In this document: positions 7,768 to 16,383 of the stretch, one piece after another
Numbering within the stretch: the first letter of the stretch is position 1
Layout of the letters: every line of letters starts with the position of its first letter
Source of the DNA: a virus
Lineage: Duplodnaviria > Caudoviricetes
DNA length: 31,072 nt
Strand: one strand, 5' to 3'
Virus record (IMG/VR): IMGVR_UViG_3300011442_000022
Span: 1-31,072 of that record
Translations under genes and position numbers: made by a program
The notes under the pieces: generated by a model
Database searches by the model: none
What the model was told of the DNA's origin: nothing
Seen by the model: only the letters and a program-made list of their open reading frames with translations

Positions 7768-8553
7768 TTATTGGTCCCCGTATCCGCAAGCAAACCAGGT
7801 CGTAGGGTCTTCCAGGGCGGCCGTGATGGCTGTTCCGTCATGAGTCTCAATGTTCACTGCGCCGGCCGTCTGATCCGCAAGACCGACGCGTACGAACTTC
7901 AGATTGGTCACGGTCATCGTGTCGGACGTGCTTTCGCAGGTGGCTTGACAGCACCAGTTGGCTGAAGAGAAGTCGGTGGCGATTGTAATGACCGTAACGC
8001 CAGCCGCGGCATCCGAGACGCTCGTCACGTTGTACGATGCGTCGTTCACCGAACCGGGTGCGGTGCTCACCCAAAACTTGCAAGCCGACGGATGATACTG
8101 AGCGACGCTCGGCGTGACTACCACCGTCGCACTTGTGCCCGCCTCCATTTCCGCCTTGGTGGCCAGCGGCCCCAGGCCCATGTAGGGCTTGCCGTTCGCG
8201 TCGTAGTAGACCCAAATGCCGTTCTCGCCGTAGACCAGAGATTCGCCGGCCGCGAGCGTGACTGTGAAAAGTTGCTCTACAGTCGTGCCGTCGTCATGCG
8301 TGACTGTGACGATTTCGGCCGCGCTCGCGTGGTTGTTACGGATGTTGATATGGCGAACCGAGCGCTGAGTGCTGACCGCTGGCGAAGCTACAATCGTGGT
8401 CGTTGTCGCGGTGGTGATATCGGCCGTGTTCGTTCGGCCCGGCGTGATCGTGCCCGAAGCGTTGTCCACCCAGGACGCATGGACTTTGATGGATGAACTA
8501 CCAGTCCCGGTGACAACGCGAACCAGGTCGCTCGTGCTGGTCAATAGGAGCAT
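7768..8553 (-). CDS. Putative fibre protein
   Basis: 261 aa from MLLLTSTSD, Thr/Ser-rich, containing the fibre shaft motif LATKAEMEAGTSATVVVTP and a C-terminal SYNVTSVSD..G...I....F...N tip pattern ending GYGDQ. Confidence 0.6.
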   Translation of the reverse strand: MLLLTSTSDLVRVVTGTGSSSIKVHASWVDNASGTITPGRTNTADITTATTTTIVASPAVSTQRSVRHINIRNNHASAAEIVTVTHDDGTTVEQLFTVTLAAGESLVYGENGIWVYYDANGKPYMGLGPLATKAEMEAGTSATVVVTPSVAQYHPSACKFWVSTAPGSVNDASYNVTSVSDAAAGVTVITIATDFSSANWCCQATCESTSDTMTVTNLKFVRVGLADQTAGAVNIETHDGTAITAALEDPTTWFACGYGDQ

Positions 8554-8987
8554 TGATTTTCCCCGCAGTGAACGACCAAATGAACCCGGTCCACCGGCCC
8601 GCGATGCACAATCTCGTGCGGCCTGTCGATCCGCACTTCGTACAGCCAGCCCGCTTCCATATGAACCTCTTCGCCTTCGTCCGGCCAACGCATCGTCACC
8701 AGCGGATGCGTCACAAGCGGGACGTGATACCGCCGCTCGATTACCTTCGCCGACTGATGCTGCTTCGGGTCAACGTGCAACGGAATCCCCTGGCCCGCCG
8801 GAAGTTTCCGAAGGCACACACTCAGTATCACGCCGTCAAGTCGCAAGCTCTTCGCCAACTCAAGCGCCCACTCTGGTAGCGGATCGGCGAGCCAGCCGTT
8901 CGTTCCGCCCGTGTCCCGCCACGTCACGCCGACCAGTTTCACGATGGCCACGGACACGTCAACCGGCTTGATCTTGCGGTGCATCAT
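8541..8987 (-). CDS. Aspartyl/asparaginyl beta-hydroxylase family 2OG-Fe(II) oxygenase
   Basis: LPAGQGIPLHVD (HxD), RYHVPLVT, HMEAGWLYEV...PHEIVHRGPVDRVHLVV (distal His and Arg). Confidence 0.8.
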   Translation of the reverse strand: MMHRKIKPVDVSVAIVKLVGVTWRDTGGTNGWLADPLPEWALELAKSLRLDGVILSVCLRKLPAGQGIPLHVDPKQHQSAKVIERRYHVPLVTHPLVTMRWPDEGEEVHMEAGWLYEVRIDRPHEIVHRGPVDRVHLVVHCGENQCSY

Positions 8988-9595
8988 GCGGCCACCAGGG
9001 GAAGCCAGAGGCTCGCAATGGGCTGTTGCTGGAGCGTCACGGAGTTATCGCCACCTTCCCACACATCGACCGACGCTGATGTTTCACTGCTGGAATATGC
9101 AAGGCCAGGCTTGCCAGACGCAATGTTGAAGTCGGTCGCTGATGCGAAAGGCGCTCCGCCATTGATGCTCACATCCAACGCACCACCGATAATTCTGAAC
9201 TTGAACGTGGCGCCGTCACTGAATGCTTGTGTGCCGGTCGCAAGACCAAACAAGGCTCCGGCTGTCAATAAGCTAAGGTCCCAATTGTTACTAGCTGCAT
9301 GGTCAATCGCAAATCTGTAAAACGTCGTTGCGCCGGTCGCACCACGCAACGAAAGACCGATCCCAGAGCCGCCCCCGGTCGTCCCGGTTACTGTTAATTG
9401 CGACTGGCTATATTGATCGTTTGGCCACGTCACTCCGCCGTCGTAATATTCACGGGCATCCAAATCAGCGTTACGAACTGCTTTGTTGCCAGTCAAATTG
9501 AAAGCCAGATCGCCTGCAACATTTCGGCTTCCCCACGGACTCGCTAATGGAGCCTCATCCGCACGATCGAAACTGTCGGAAGCCAACACGCTCAC
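8984..9595 (-). CDS. Hypothetical lectin/beta-sandwich virion protein
   Basis: Start at GTG 9595 (GTGA overlap with the upstream stop). Sequence SDSFDRAD...W...DQYSQ...FKFRIIGGALDVSING...TDFNIASGKPGL...VDVWEGG is ConA-like. Confidence 0.6.
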   Translation of the reverse strand: MSVLASDSFDRADEAPLASPWGSRNVAGDLAFNLTGNKAVRNADLDAREYYDGGVTWPNDQYSQSQLTVTGTTGGGSGIGLSLRGATGATTFYRFAIDHAASNNWDLSLLTAGALFGLATGTQAFSDGATFKFRIIGGALDVSINGGAPFASATDFNIASGKPGLAYSSSETSASVDVWEGGDNSVTLQQQPIASLWLPLVAA

Positions 9596-10197
9596 AGCGT
9601 CACCCCCTGCAAAACGATCGGCCCAACCACAGTTGGCCACTGGTCGCCAATGCTCTTGAGGATCGATCGCAGTTTCGTCGCCCCCGAGAGTCCTGCTGTG
9701 CTAAGACCCAATGCCGTTGCCGCAGCGATCAGCGCAGCTTGCACCTGAGCCGATAGCGCATTGAACGCGGTGTCGAGCGTCACCGTGCCATCGAACAGGA
9801 GCGGGCCTTGAATATCGACCCCGTTGTATTTCTGCATGAACAGACAGAACGTGCAGGAGTAGTGCATGATCGATTGGTAGAGCGTCCCGGCGATGACCCA
9901 ATCGGCTGGCAAGTTGTAGGTCTCTAGTTTCGCTTTGACGGTCGCGAGCGGACCGGCTCCGACGTTGTTGGCGAGCGGCGGGATTTTCGTCACTGTCGCA
10001 TCGGTAACGAGTGTCGCGTCGTCCGCCCCGCTGATGCTCTCAACGCCGACGATCCATGTATCTTGAATGCCCATGTAGAACTGTTGCTTGGCGTAACTGA
10101 CGAGCGTCGTGTACCAATATTTCCCGTAGTGCCGCGCGTAGCCCTTCACGGGGTCGGTGTCAATGACACCAGGCATGACGTAGAAGCTAACAGCCAT
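9592..10197 (-). CDS. Hypothetical protein
   Basis: 201 aa from MAVSFYV, preceded by GGAG. Confidence 0.65.
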   Translation of the reverse strand: MAVSFYVMPGVIDTDPVKGYARHYGKYWYTTLVSYAKQQFYMGIQDTWIVGVESISGADDATLVTDATVTKIPPLANNVGAGPLATVKAKLETYNLPADWVIAGTLYQSIMHYSCTFCLFMQKYNGVDIQGPLLFDGTVTLDTAFNALSAQVQAALIAAATALGLSTAGLSGATKLRSILKSIGDQWPTVVGPIVLQGVTL

Positions 10198-10206
10198 CGC
10201 GACTCC

Positions 10207-10248
10207 AAAGGAAAAGGCCCGCCGCGAGACTCGCATCACGCACGGGCC
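10207..10248 (-). terminator. Rho-independent terminator/attenuator-like hairpin
   Basis: Minus-strand RNA forms a GGCCCG/CGGGCC basal stem extended by an imperfect upper stem to a GCGA tetraloop, followed by UUUUCCUUU. Confidence 0.55.
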
Positions 10249-10269
10249 GGGGACGTGATTCGATTGGGC

Positions 10270-10662
10270 CTAGTGGGCGTGCTGCAACGCCCGGGCCGCC
10301 TGGCCATGCGAGAGCGTCGGCAACAGCATGGCCTTCTCCACTAGATACTGCACGCCCTGACCCTTCAAGCGGATCGCCTGCATCAGCAGTTCGGCCGATC
10401 GCCAGGTGTACCGAAGACGATCGCACCAGCCGAACACGAGCGAGACCTGACCCGCGTGAACGCCGATCTTGATTTGCTCCTGTTCCCGCTTCAGCGCCGG
10501 GACGTTTATCAGGTCGTTCTCGTCGCGGGCGTCGTTGATCGCCAGCTCGAGGGAGTCGGCCAGGTCGAAGGCATCCTGGTACGGGATCAGAACGCAATCG
10601 GCCGGCCGGTCGAGAACGACCATGATCGACCGGTCGGGCTCGACTTCAAACGAGACGTTCAT
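10270..10662 (-). CDS. Hypothetical protein
   Basis: 130-aa ORF abutting the upstream stop. Confidence 0.65.
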   Translation of the reverse strand: MNVSFEVEPDRSIMVVLDRPADCVLIPYQDAFDLADSLELAINDARDENDLINVPALKREQEQIKIGVHAGQVSLVFGWCDRLRYTWRSAELLMQAIRLKGQGVQYLVEKAMLLPTLSHGQAARALQHAH

Positions 10663-11136
10663 TTACCCGAGTTCCTCGAACAGGATAACTGCGATGAACG
10701 TGGTCGCGCCGGGGGCGGCCGGGAACTTCAGCCCGATGATGCCGACGGCGTCCACGAAGTAAAGCGCCTTCGGATTGACCGGCAATACCCAGCCGTTCAG
10801 ATAATTGAACGCGCCTTCGCCGATCACCCCCGTGTCCGTCCCCTCGGCCGAGGCGTTAGTGCCGGTCGCCGACGTTCCGCCCACGGCCGACGCGGCCGGG
10901 TCGGTGGTTGGCCCCAGCTTTTCGGGCGTCTGCGTTGTCACGGTCGCGGCCGCGGACTTGCGGTTGAGCTGGGCTCGCAGTTGCGTGCTGGTCGTGGTGG
11001 ACGACTGATCGATGGTCGCGGCGATGATCTGGAGCGGGACGGTAGCCCCGGCCTTGATCTGAATGATTGTGATCGCCGTCGAGATCGACACGGCGGACAA
11101 CGCGACCTTGTAAGATCTCGAAGCGGCAACGGCCAT
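10663..11136 (-). CDS. Hypothetical structural protein (head/neck appendage candidate)
   Basis: 157 aa, Ala/Thr-rich beta pattern, ending ILFEELG. Confidence 0.65.
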   Translation of the reverse strand: MAVAASRSYKVALSAVSISTAITIIQIKAGATVPLQIIAATIDQSSTTTSTQLRAQLNRKSAAATVTTQTPEKLGPTTDPAASAVGGTSATGTNASAEGTDTGVIGEGAFNYLNGWVLPVNPKALYFVDAVGIIGLKFPAAPGATTFIAVILFEELG

Positions 11137-11183
11137 GATCTTCCCCTGCGTTTGCGGTTATCGGTTCGACGAGTTGCCGACGT

Positions 11184-11492
11184 TTACGGATCAACGCCAA
11201 GGTTCGCCGCCAGCCGGGCTCGCTTCTCTTCGCACGCCTGCATGACGATCGAATCGGGAGTGCCACTGGGCACGTTGATCTGGTCGTGGATCACGTCGCG
11301 TTGTCCGTCGGGAACGGCCTCGAATTTCATTTCGCCCATGCTCGGATGGATCGGCGGATGGGAGGTTGGCAGTAAGACCGTGTCGGTCACCGGGCCATCG
11401 TCGTGCGTCCACTCGACGGCCACGCAGTCGATCAGATGCTCGCCGACCTTCGTCGTAGTGCGGCCGATGATCTTGTAGTTCAGCTTCGGCAT
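11184..11492 (-). CDS. Hypothetical protein
   Basis: 102 aa from MPKLNY with GGAG upstream. Confidence 0.55.
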   Translation of the reverse strand: MPKLNYKIIGRTTTKVGEHLIDCVAVEWTHDDGPVTDTVLLPTSHPPIHPSMGEMKFEAVPDGQRDVIHDQINVPSGTPDSIVMQACEEKRARLAANLGVDP

Positions 11493-11514
11493 ATGTACTC
11501 CACAAGGTTCGCTA

Positions 11515-11688
11515 TCAGTCGTCCGCAAACTCCCACCCGAACGGCAGCCTACCTGTCTTCGGGTCTACGTGTACTTCGGGCGGCGGCGGCCCGTGAATCT
11601 CTTCGGGCTTGTCCACTTCCGCGATCTTGGCGATCGGCACGAGTTCGGCCGTATCGTCGTTTGGACCGTCAGTGCGCGACAACGACAT
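11515..11688 (-). CDS. Small hypothetical protein
   Basis: 57 aa, acidic and Pro-rich, in operon orientation. Confidence 0.4.
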   Translation of the reverse strand: MSLSRTDGPNDDTAELVPIAKIAEVDKPEEIHGPPPPEVHVDPKTGRLPFGWEFADD

Positions 11689-11995
11689 AGTTGACCCACC
11701 CACTCACCTGAACGGCGCCGCTCGTGTTGAGAACGAGCCCTTCGCCGACCGGCGTCTCAAAGTGGCCCGACAGGCCGCTAAGCTCCATGCCGGCGAAACT
11801 CGGGGTGATCTGGCCGCCCGTGGCCATTGTCATTGGCCCGGTAAGGTCCGCTCCACCCGTGCCCTTGAATTTCGCGACGACAGCGCCGGCCGCAACGAGC
11901 ATGAAGTTCACGACCCGGATTTTTAGACCAGGCTTGGCGGCGACGATCGTCGAGTCGCCGCCGGCTGCAAAACTGATCGGGACGGAAGGAATCAC
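11669..11995 (-). CDS. Hypothetical structural protein
   Basis: 108-aa Gly-rich beta protein (IVAAKPGLKIRVV...FETPVGEGLVLN...VSGWVNY) abutting the upstream stop. Confidence 0.65.
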   Translation of the reverse strand: MIPSVPISFAAGGDSTIVAAKPGLKIRVVNFMLVAAGAVVAKFKGTGGADLTGPMTMATGGQITPSFAGMELSGLSGHFETPVGEGLVLNTSGAVQVSGWVNYVVVAH

Positions 11996-12235
11996 TCAAG
12001 CTCTCCCACGGCTGCGGATCAGGATCGGGCCCTGCAATTTCTGGATGATCCCGGTGACCTTGTCGATCCGCTCCAGCATCCCGTCTCGCCACTGGTCCCA
12101 GTTCATCGTTTCGCCGTCGAGCGAGTAGCTGGGCTTCGGTCCGTTGGCGATCTGGTAATCGGTCTCGGTCGTCAGCAGCGTCACGAACTTCGTGCGCAGG
12201 GCGATCAGGGACGCAGCGTCGGTACTGGCAGCCAC
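11996..12235 (-). CDS. Head completion protein (gpW-like)
   Basis: 79 aa, helix / beta-hairpin (KPSYSLDGETMNW) / helix, located shortly after the major capsid gene. Confidence 0.6.
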   Translation of the reverse strand: MAASTDAASLIALRTKFVTLLTTETDYQIANGPKPSYSLDGETMNWDQWRDGMLERIDKVTGIIQKLQGPILIRSRGRA

Positions 12236-12248
12236 GATTCGCCCTTCC

Positions 12249-12653
12249 TCACGCGACGCCAGCGGCCAACACGTCTTTGGTCAGCGGCGTGTCGAGCGGC
12301 ACTTCGCCGACTTCGAACGGGTGCTCCGACGAGATAACGCCGGATTCGACTTTGAACGCAAGCTGGGCGTTGGCCTCGTCGTAGGCCTCGACAACGCGGG
12401 ACGGCACGTGCTTCAGGCCGACGTTGAAGCGTCGCAAGCTCCCAGCGATCGCCGGGGTTGGCGTTGCGATTGCCGGTGCCTTGAGGGCCGCGTTCTCGGC
12501 CTCCAGTTCGGCCACGCGGGCCTTCATGGCGGCGAACTCCGATGCATCGGCCGTCGCGACCGTGTCTTCGCCGTCGCCCGTGGCGCCAACGATCGTGTCG
12601 AGGGGTTCGTCCTCGAAGTCGTCAGCTTCGGACCTGTTTCGGTTTCTCGCCAT
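12249..12653 (-). CDS. Hypothetical protein with short coiled coil
   Basis: 134 aa containing AAMKARVAELEAENAALKA, directly downstream of the major capsid gene. Confidence 0.65.
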   Translation of the reverse strand: MARNRNRSEADDFEDEPLDTIVGATGDGEDTVATADASEFAAMKARVAELEAENAALKAPAIATPTPAIAGSLRRFNVGLKHVPSRVVEAYDEANAQLAFKVESGVISSEHPFEVGEVPLDTPLTKDVLAAGVA

Positions 12654-12698
12654 GTTCCCCTCGAAAGTTGCCTGTCCGCGATCGCCGTCGCCGGCGGA

Positions 12699-14036
12699 TT
12701 AGTTCTTGGATCGCACGACTCGCCGCGGTTCGTACCAGAACGGGATGCCGCGCTCATCGGCCTTGGCGTAGAGAACGATGCCGCGGTCGATCATCTCGAC
12801 CGTGTTCGGGACGGCCTGCTGAACGCGTAGCGGCCAGTTCTGGGCGTACTTGAGGGCCTTGCCCGACTCGAACGCCCACCAGTATTTTTCCGCATTGACG
12901 GCGGACAGGTTGAGCCCGTCGGCCGCGACGCAGCGGTTGTACACGATCGGGCTGGTGATGATGTTGAACTGGCCCTTGTACGCGGCCTCGCCAACGCGAA
13001 CGTACTGCGGCGTCGCGACTGCGCCCGGCGCGTCGCGGTACTGCACGCCGACGGCCAGGTCGCCGAACGTCTGGCGAGCCGCTCGCATCTTGCCCATGTT
13101 GACCAGCACGGCGTTGGGCTGGATCAGGACTGGCGTCAGCGATTGCGGATCGACCATGTTCCGGAATTTGATGAGCACCGTCTCCATGTTCGCTTCGTGG
13201 AGCAACTCGTTAGAGGCCACGTCGTTGTCCCACGTGCCAGCGACCTGGTACGTATTGAACGACGTCCCCATGAACGAGTACGTGTTGTTGACACCAATGA
13301 AGGCGTCGATGCAGCGGACTTCCTTGCGGTAGCCGAGCCACGTTCCGAGGTCTTGCGCCTCAGTGACGGCCTGGCCGGTCAGGTCAAGGAACACCATTTC
13401 CTGGGTCACTTCGACGGACAGGGCGTTCTCGACCGTGCGTGGCTGGGTGATCCAGCGCTCGCCGACCTGCACACGCTTCGTCGGCATGCCTGGCAGCCGC
13501 TCTTCAGCCGCGTCGCCGATGCGACTCGAGCCGATCACCTTGCGGCCGTCGAACATTTTGGTCGCGTCGGCGGGTGCCAGCACGTCGGCGATGAAGGCCG
13601 GATTCTGCCAGCCCTCCATCACACTGATTTCGAGCAGGCCCGCGATGACGGCAGTGAACGCATTCACGTTCGCGTAAGCGCCAGGCCCGACCGCGCCTTC
13701 ACCGGCTTCCAAAAGGTCGGTGCGCATACTGCCGAGTGCGGCCCCGAGCTTCTTGCTGCCTGGCTCATAGAGATCCTCGAACAGATCGTCGCCGAGCAGT
13801 CCGCGGCCAAGCGCATTGAACGAGAACGAGGACGGCTTGAGCCGCCCGCCGGCAGACGTAGTGCCGTCGGCCTCCATGACGTCGCCGAACTTCGGCGATC
13901 CGTTGGAGTCCACGTGCCGGCAGCCGTCCCGATCGGTCAGGCCCATCAGGTGACAGGTTTCCCGAACGAACTGTTGCGCGTCCCCGTGGCAGTGGGACTC
14001 GAACAGGTCGCGGACGTCGGACTTGCGAAATGGCAT
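12699..14036 (-). CDS. Major capsid protein (HK97 fold)
   Basis: 445 aa, after the protease and decoration genes. Segments such as LSVEVTQEMVFLDLTGQ, PVLIQPNAVLV and terminal ERG...EPRRVV fit an HK97-fold MCP. Confidence 0.85.
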   Translation of the reverse strand: MPFRKSDVRDLFESHCHGDAQQFVRETCHLMGLTDRDGCRHVDSNGSPKFGDVMEADGTTSAGGRLKPSSFSFNALGRGLLGDDLFEDLYEPGSKKLGAALGSMRTDLLEAGEGAVGPGAYANVNAFTAVIAGLLEISVMEGWQNPAFIADVLAPADATKMFDGRKVIGSSRIGDAAEERLPGMPTKRVQVGERWITQPRTVENALSVEVTQEMVFLDLTGQAVTEAQDLGTWLGYRKEVRCIDAFIGVNNTYSFMGTSFNTYQVAGTWDNDVASNELLHEANMETVLIKFRNMVDPQSLTPVLIQPNAVLVNMGKMRAARQTFGDLAVGVQYRDAPGAVATPQYVRVGEAAYKGQFNIITSPIVYNRCVAADGLNLSAVNAEKYWWAFESGKALKYAQNWPLRVQQAVPNTVEMIDRGIVLYAKADERGIPFWYEPRRVVRSKN

Positions 14037-14116
14037 GGCTCGCCTCGGGTCGGTTGTCTCTTCGTTCGGTTGTCATGGGCGGCAATGCGCCCGCTATCGT
14101 TTACGCGTTGGCCGGA

Positions 14117-14896
14117 TCAGACGGCCGTGATGCCGAACCAGGTGGTGCCATCGCACCAGAAGATGCCGCGGCCGTTCTGGGCCACAACCTTCACCGTGCC
14201 GGCAGCCGGGTTGCGAACGGTGATGGAGTTGGCACCGCCCGAGTTGTTCACGATGTAGAACACGAGTCCGGCGGACTGAGCCTCGGCAGGCAGATCAACG
14301 TTGCGGGCGGCCGTCGGAACCATCGTCTGAACCGGGTTGCTAGCGACAGTAAGAACCGTTGCCGCGTCGGCCATCGCCGTAGAGGCCGTGCCCTGGAATC
14401 CACCGATGCCGCGACGCCGCATGAACGGCTCGGCAAGAACCCACTTGCTCACCAGCCGGCAGCGGACCTTCGTTACGGCCGACGGCTCGCGCTTGACGCA
14501 GATACCGATTGCGAGCGCTGGGTTGCTTACCTTGTTGACTTGCTGGTTGTAATTCAAGGGCGTGGCGGATCGGTCCACGGCCACGTAATCGCCGAACTCC
14601 CACGTCAGAGACGGGCAGTCCGCGTCGAAGATGCCGTCGGCGACAATCGTTCGCCGCGAGTCGTTCCCCGTACTCGTTTCCGCCGCCAGCCGTTGATCGA
14701 CCATGACGCCGGCGAACAGGTCGGCAAAGTCGCGCTGGTTGAGCACGAGCGAGCCGAGGTCGGGCCGGGCCGAGGCCGTCTTGAACACGCCGGCGGCGGA
14801 GTCGAACCATAGCAAGTCGCCGACGGCCACGGCCGTGGACGCCGGGAACGGGCCGACCGCGTTGCGGTTATCGCAGAGGGCTTCTTTGATGCTCAT
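14117..14896 (-). CDS. Capsid decoration/cement protein with C-terminal extension
   Basis: 259 aa between protease and MCP. N-terminal AVGDLL...FAGV...GIFD...AIG is typical of cement proteins. C-terminal VDLPA...GL.FYIVN..GAN.ITV...DGTTW is a fibre-type domain. Confidence 0.7.
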   Translation of the reverse strand: MSIKEALCDNRNAVGPFPASTAVAVGDLLWFDSAAGVFKTASARPDLGSLVLNQRDFADLFAGVMVDQRLAAETSTGNDSRRTIVADGIFDADCPSLTWEFGDYVAVDRSATPLNYNQQVNKVSNPALAIGICVKREPSAVTKVRCRLVSKWVLAEPFMRRRGIGGFQGTASTAMADAATVLTVASNPVQTMVPTAARNVDLPAEAQSAGLVFYIVNNSGGANSITVRNPAAGTVKVVAQNGRGIFWCDGTTWFGITAV

Positions 14897-14961
14897 CGGT
14901 CAACTCCGTCGGTCGTTCGTTTGGTCGGGTGCAGACGCTTGTACGTGGTTCGGTCGGTCGA

Positions 14962-16260
14962 TCAGCGGAAGCGGTTGAGCAGCCCCTTCACGGTTGCCGG
15001 CAGCTTCGGGGCACCGTTCGCCGTCGTTCCGCCTCGGGACTCGGCGACGTTGCGGCCGGTACCGCTCGGCGTTCGACTGCGCGGACCTCGGCCCGGCTTT
15101 GCCTCGCCGCCGGCGTTGGCCAGTTTGTACGCCTCGGCAACTCGCTTCTGGGTCGCGGCCGCCGTGATGCCGAGCAAATCGGCGAGCTGCTCTTTGGTCG
15201 GCGTGAAACCGAGTGACTCGCATAGGTCGCGGGCCTTGTCCTTGCGCTCCATCGTTTCGAGCCGGATGCGGAGCGATTCGGTCTTGTCTTTCTTGTCTGC
15301 GTCGCCGCCTTCGTCGCCCTCGGTCATGCCGTCCTTCTTGGCCTTGGAATCTTCCTCTTCCTCGGCCGTTTCCGTTGGTACGTCGGCGGGGTCTTCGGTC
15401 GCGAGCAGCTTCTCCTCGGTCTTCAGCAGGTCCGCGATCTTCTTGATTTTGCTCTTGATGTCGCCGTCGCTGTCGAGAACGGCGACGATGGCGGCGCGGA
15501 AGCCGGCTGCCAGCGCGTCGGCCGGATCGGCCGGCGTGTCGTCCATCGGCGCGTCCATCGCGGCCGTGGCGACGGGTGTGTCGTCTTCGAGCAGGTTCTT
15601 GGCCCATGCCTTGCGCTTCTTGCTGAGCTTCGGCATTGCGGCTTCGAGCAGCTCGCGGAGGTTCTTCGCTGGCATGGCCTGAGACTCCCAGAGATTGCGG
15701 TTCGTGGCCGGCTTATCGACCAGGTCGACGGACCGCACCAGTTTAATTTCCTCAATCAAGAGACGGCCATTCTTGACCGTCTCTCTGCCTGCCCGCGCGT
15801 TGTGGCTGAGGCCATAAACGCCGAGGCCGCGTTCCACGTCCTCGACGACTGTTTCGGCAAGGTCGTGAGATTTCAGGTAGTGCAAATCCGCACGCAACGA
15901 GTCGTTCTCGAATCGCACATTGCGGAGTTGGCCGAAGGTATCGTGAACGTCGCGTGAGACACCGGGGTTGCGGCGGTCGGTTGGATGGTTGACGCGGACT
16001 GTGACGCCCTCGTACAGGTCCACTGCTTTTCGCATCGCGTCGGGCGTGTACTCTGTGCCGGCCGGCGCGTTTTCGTCGTAGACGTTGTTGCTGTTGCGGC
16101 CGAGGACCTTGACCCCGTAAATGATCCCCTTGTCCTTGTCGACCTTCAGCGGCGAGCGTTCGCCTTCCATCGTCTCGGCAAGCTCGCGGCCACGGGCGAC
16201 CGCAAGCCACGCTGCGCGGCGGAAACTTCGGTTGCGCGTTTTCGTCGCGGTGGCGGCCAT
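14962..16260 (-). CDS. Prohead protease fused to scaffold domain
   Basis: N-terminal protease motifs VNHP, GLSHNA and SVDLVDKPATN (His/Ser/Asp), followed by an acidic, helical C-terminal scaffold. Confidence 0.8.
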   Translation of the reverse strand: MAATATKTRNRSFRRAAWLAVARGRELAETMEGERSPLKVDKDKGIIYGVKVLGRNSNNVYDENAPAGTEYTPDAMRKAVDLYEGVTVRVNHPTDRRNPGVSRDVHDTFGQLRNVRFENDSLRADLHYLKSHDLAETVVEDVERGLGVYGLSHNARAGRETVKNGRLLIEEIKLVRSVDLVDKPATNRNLWESQAMPAKNLRELLEAAMPKLSKKRKAWAKNLLEDDTPVATAAMDAPMDDTPADPADALAAGFRAAIVAVLDSDGDIKSKIKKIADLLKTEEKLLATEDPADVPTETAEEEEDSKAKKDGMTEGDEGGDADKKDKTESLRIRLETMERKDKARDLCESLGFTPTKEQLADLLGITAAATQKRVAEAYKLANAGGEAKPGRGPRSRTPSGTGRNVAESRGGTTANGAPKLPATVKGLLNRFR

Positions 16261-16307
16261 GTAGGGATTAGAACAAAGGGGGGAGGGATTATGCGCCGGC
16301 AGCGGTG

Positions 16308-16313
16308 TAGAAT
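16308..16313 (+). promoter_or_regulatory. Candidate -10 element for the plus-strand endonuclease transcript
   Basis: TAGAAT followed after exactly 7 nt by an in-frame ATG at 16321 (leaderless geometry). No clear -35. Confidence 0.35.
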
Positions 16314-16383
16314 TCCGGGCATGGGCGCGATCAGACTCTCTATCGATGACGACGGCGGACTCGTCATAGGTCCAACACCGGCG

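Noticed and set aside
3950-9640. Diversity-generating retroelement acting on lectin or fibre genes
   Set aside because: No reverse transcriptase and no template/variable repeat pair with adenine-specific differences seen in this window.
14048-14074. Short direct repeat (GACAACCGA x2, minus strand) upstream of the major capsid gene
   Set aside because: Only two 9-bp copies with no other support, which could be chance.
13143-14258. Long plus-strand ORFs opposite structural genes (also 10456..11478, 18489..19706, 20735..21637, 1375..2256)
   Set aside because: No recognisable motifs. They are typical shadow ORFs of high-GC coding sequence, unlike 16480..17214, which has ordered domain motifs.
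15985-16290. 5' extension of the plus-strand endonuclease ORF given in the ORF track (409 aa)
   Set aside because: It overlaps the protease gene antisense and has no protein-like features. Better-supported starts lie at 16480 or 16321.
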